From NCBI GenBank assembly GCA_963833095.1, contig CAWHWQ010000001.1, forward strand, positions 352,001 through 416,000: 64,000 nucleotides of DNA, in the 5' to 3' direction. The notes under the pieces are model-generated. The model saw only the letters and a list, made by a program, of their open reading frames with translations. It made no database searches and had not been told where the DNA came from. The DNA comes from Vulcanimicrobiota bacterium. GTDB lineage: Bacteria > Vulcanimicrobiota > Vulcanimicrobiia > Vulcanimicrobiales > Vulcanimicrobiaceae. Of the stretch, positions 61,555-64,000 are shown one piece after another; the first letter of the stretch is position 1, and every line of letters begins with the position of its first letter. Both the position numbers and the translations under genes were made by a program.

Positions 61555-61585
61555 ACGGGGCCCGCGCCTGGCGCGAGCCCCGTCT
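61555..61585 (-). terminator. Hairpin after the porin gene
   Basis: ACGGGGCTCGCGC-CAG-GCGCGGGCCCCGT followed by TT on the minus strand. Confidence 0.6.
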
Positions 61586-61608
61586 TGCTGGTCTAACCCG
61601 ACGTACGA

Positions 61609-63231
61609 CTAAAAGTCGTATTCGAGCTGGTACCGTCCGTACTTGAACAGACCGGCGATTGCATCTCCCGGTGCCGGGAAGTTCGTCGCCGAGCGACTGA
61701 ACTCGCGGACGCGCAACGAGAGGCCCTTGTAAAGACCCGTCTTCGGCACCTTCATGAAGAAGTATTGCGTGTCGAAGTCCGTAGCGTTGGTCGACGTAGC
61801 GTAGCCCGAGTTTGAGAAGTCGTACCACGTTTGGCCGACCTGCACCCAGAACTGCTTGTTGTCCGAGGTGAACGTCGCCTGGATCTTCACGGCGCTACCA
61901 CCGCCACGACGGTCGATGAGACCGGTCGTACCGGAGGCCACGTAGGTCGGATCGGTTACGTACCCGTCGGTGTACGGGCTGGCCCAGCCGCCGTAGTAGA
62001 CGTTGGCGACGCCTGCCGTGGCGGTCGGCGAACACTGCGCGGAACCACCGGTCGGCAAGAAGTAGGGCATGTTGTAGTTGTACGCTTTCGCCGACGCGAG
62101 CTGATGCGTGTTGGCGTTACACGTAATGCCCGTCGGCAGCGTGACCGTATCGGTCTTCCACGGAATCGAATCGAACGAACCGGTTAGGAGCACGTTGGGC
62201 ATCGGATTGAAGCCAACTTGCATACCGAAGATCGTTGAGTCGATCTTTCCGAGAATGTCGCCTGACGGCGCACTTTCCGAACCCGTTTGTAACGCCACAT
62301 ACGGCTTGAGTTTGCTCGTGCCCAGCGGCATCTTCGCGTCGAGCCACCAGGCGCTAGCGATGTTCTCGAAGTCGTAGTAGTAGAGGTTGGCGCTGAGCGG
62401 AAGATCCTTGGGCCCAGCGTACCCGAGGCGTGCGTAGAACGTGCCCGAGGTCTTGGGCGTTGTCTGCGTCGGGTCGTAGTACAGGCTCGAGTAAGCCGTG
62501 GATCCCGAGTAGGTGTAGCCGCCCGGCGCGAGCGCCGTTAGCAGCGTGCCTTGGTCGAAATTGGAGCACGTACGGCACTCCCATTGCCACCAGTCAGCGG
62601 CTTCGACCGTCCAGTTGGGATTGATCTTATAGGAGAGATCGGCGCCTTGATAAGCGACCGGCTTGAGGCGTGAATCCGAGATCGGCATCCACGGCGTTCC
62701 GTAGGCCAAATCGCCGCCTTGGAAGTTGAGCCCATTGCCGTTGTACTTGACGTATGCTTCGTAGAGCGTACTCATCTCGAATTGCGGCAGTGTGGTATCT
62801 GGATTGAGGCCCGGCGGAACGCTCTTCGTACCGCAAGGACCCGGCAGCGCGGAACTTGCCGTCGCCGGATTCGAGCAGTTGTTGAACGGATTCGCATAAA
62901 GATACGAACCGCCGACGCTAAAGCCCGAACCTAGAAATTTATAGGCAGCCGAAAGGCTAATGGCTTGGTTTTCCGACGACTGATTGGCTTTGCTTCCCGG
63001 TCCCGGGCCGCCGTAGGCACTGTACGCGTTTTGACGCGTGAAGTCGTAGACGCGGATGTAACCGTGATAGGTGAATGGATTTGGCGTGGGCTTCGGTGTA
63101 GGCGCTGCCTGTGCCACCGTCGGTAACGTATTGTACACTGGTGTTGCCGTTGTTTCCGCCAGTGATAAAGACGTTGCCGCCAAAACCATCACCGCTGCGG
63201 TCAGACCGACGCGCGCGAGTTTGGTTAACAC
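61609..63231 (-). CDS. Outer-membrane porin-like protein (OprD-like)
   Basis: Signal peptide, LYEAYVKY, PW..DSRL, C-terminal YQLEYDF beta-signal; GGGAG RBS before GTG 63231. Confidence 0.75.
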   Translation of the reverse strand: MLTKLARVGLTAAVMVLAATSLSLAETTATPVYNTLPTVAQAAPTPKPTPNPFTYHGYIRVYDFTRQNAYSAYGGPGPGSKANQSSENQAISLSAAYKFLGSGFSVGGSYLYANPFNNCSNPATASSALPGPCGTKSVPPGLNPDTTLPQFEMSTLYEAYVKYNGNGLNFQGGDLAYGTPWMPISDSRLKPVAYQGADLSYKINPNWTVEAADWWQWECRTCSNFDQGTLLTALAPGGYTYSGSTAYSSLYYDPTQTTPKTSGTFYARLGYAGPKDLPLSANLYYYDFENIASAWWLDAKMPLGTSKLKPYVALQTGSESAPSGDILGKIDSTIFGMQVGFNPMPNVLLTGSFDSIPWKTDTVTLPTGITCNANTHQLASAKAYNYNMPYFLPTGGSAQCSPTATAGVANVYYGGWASPYTDGYVTDPTYVASGTTGLIDRRGGGSAVKIQATFTSDNKQFWVQVGQTWYDFSNSGYATSTNATDFDTQYFFMKVPKTGLYKGLSLRVREFSRSATNFPAPGDAIAGLFKYGRYQLEYDF

Positions 63232-63292
63232 GTAAGAAGTACTCCCTATCAAAAGAGTTGGTATGGGGGTAACGGCCCCATGCTACCTGGGC

Positions 63293-63323
63293 AAAATTAA
63301 GGCTCATTTAACGTCGCCTTAAG
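63293..63323 (-). promoter_or_regulatory. Pho-box-like 11-bp-periodic repeats
   Basis: TTAA at 63297, 63308 and 63319; TAGCAT -10-like hexamer 11 nt downstream. Confidence 0.55.
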
Positions 63324-63503
63324 CAACCGAGGGGCCTCAAGCTATGTATCGGCTAAAGCCCCGGGCGCAAACCCCTTAGGTCGGGAGGATAGGCCCGGGA
63401 ATCGCGTGCGGGCTTTCGTTCGGTCTTGGAAACGGTTTCCGACGGGTACGACGGAGTACACGAGGAAAGCGGTGACAACGACCGGGCGAAAGGGCGCCGC
63501 GAT

Positions 63504-64000
63504 TTAGCCGTAGCGGCCGGTGATGTAGTCTTCGGTGCGTTTATCGCGGGGCTTGGTGAAGATCGTCGAGGTGGTTTCGTTCTCGATGAGCTCGCCCATG
63601 AGGAAGAAGGCGGTATAGTCGCTGATGCGGGCGGCCTGCTGCATCGAGTGGGTGACGATGACGACCGTATATTCCTTCTTGAGCTCGTCGATGAGGTCTT
63701 CGATCTTGCTGGTCGCGATCGGATCGAGCGCCGAGGCCGGCTCGTCCATCAGAATCACTTCCGGATCGACCGCGAGACAGCGCGCGATGCACAGGCGCTG
63801 CTGCTGGCCGCCGGAGAGGTCGAGCGCGGAGCGGTCGAGCCGATCTTTGACCTCGTCCCAGAGCGCGGCGCCTGCGAAGACTGCGCTCGCAGATCTCCAT
63901 GCAGCGCCTTGCGATTGCGCTCGCCGTGAATGCTGGGTCCGTAGACGACGTTTTCGAAGATCGTCTTCGGAAACGGATTGGGACGCTGAAAGACCATGCC
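63504..64000 (-). CDS. pstB: Phosphate ABC transporter ATPase (5' partial, two apparent +1 indels)
   Basis: [53 protein letters not shown] across three frames. Confidence 0.92.
   Translation of the reverse strand, partial: HGLSASQSVSEDDLRKRRLRTQHSRRAQSQGAAWRSASAVFAGAALWDEVKDRLDRSALDLSGGQQQRLCIARCLAVDPEVILMDEPASALDPIATSKIEDLIDELKKEYTVVIVTHSMQQAARISDYTAFFLMGELIENETTSTIFTKPRDKRTEDYITGRYG

Noticed and set aside
63860..63910. Programmed frameshifting or pseudogenisation of pstB
   Set aside because: Two single-base insertions about 30 bp apart with no slippery sequence; more likely base-calling errors.

Overview
GC-rich bacterial chromosome segment, mostly housekeeping genes. LPS heptose epimerase, TonB system, Pro/Ser-rich secreted proteins and apparently leaderless genes suggest a diderm soil bacterium, possibly Eremiobacterota/WPS-2-like (impression only). 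Core content: TonB-dependent receptor opposite a Fur-family regulator, hldD, MauE/TlpA, Nramp-family plus two SCO genes, ECF sigma/anti-sigma/RseB, etfBA, accDA-ftsB-S1-ppx, hrcA-dnaJ-rsmE with CIRCE, acs, add-mntR-rhomboid-dinG-S1/P1 nuclease, a his operon, tdh-kbl-tdk and pstB plus a porin. The most notable signals are mostly outside the ORF track: (1) tRNA-Leu(UAA) interrupted by a 237-nt group I intron; (2) a ~6.2 kb decayed island at tRNA-fMet carrying RelA/SpoT-domain, HEPN-like and Bles03-like genes, whose right boundary is a near-complete second tRNA-fMet copy split in the D-stem by a 60-bp double-hairpin insert; (3) a His-rich leader-peptide attenuator ahead of a his operon with a divergent short HisG and a HisA-HisI-HisE fusion; (4) candidate DtxR, Fur and Pho boxes. 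Several single-base frameshifts (add, pstB) may be sequencing errors. All calls are by eye; no searches were run.
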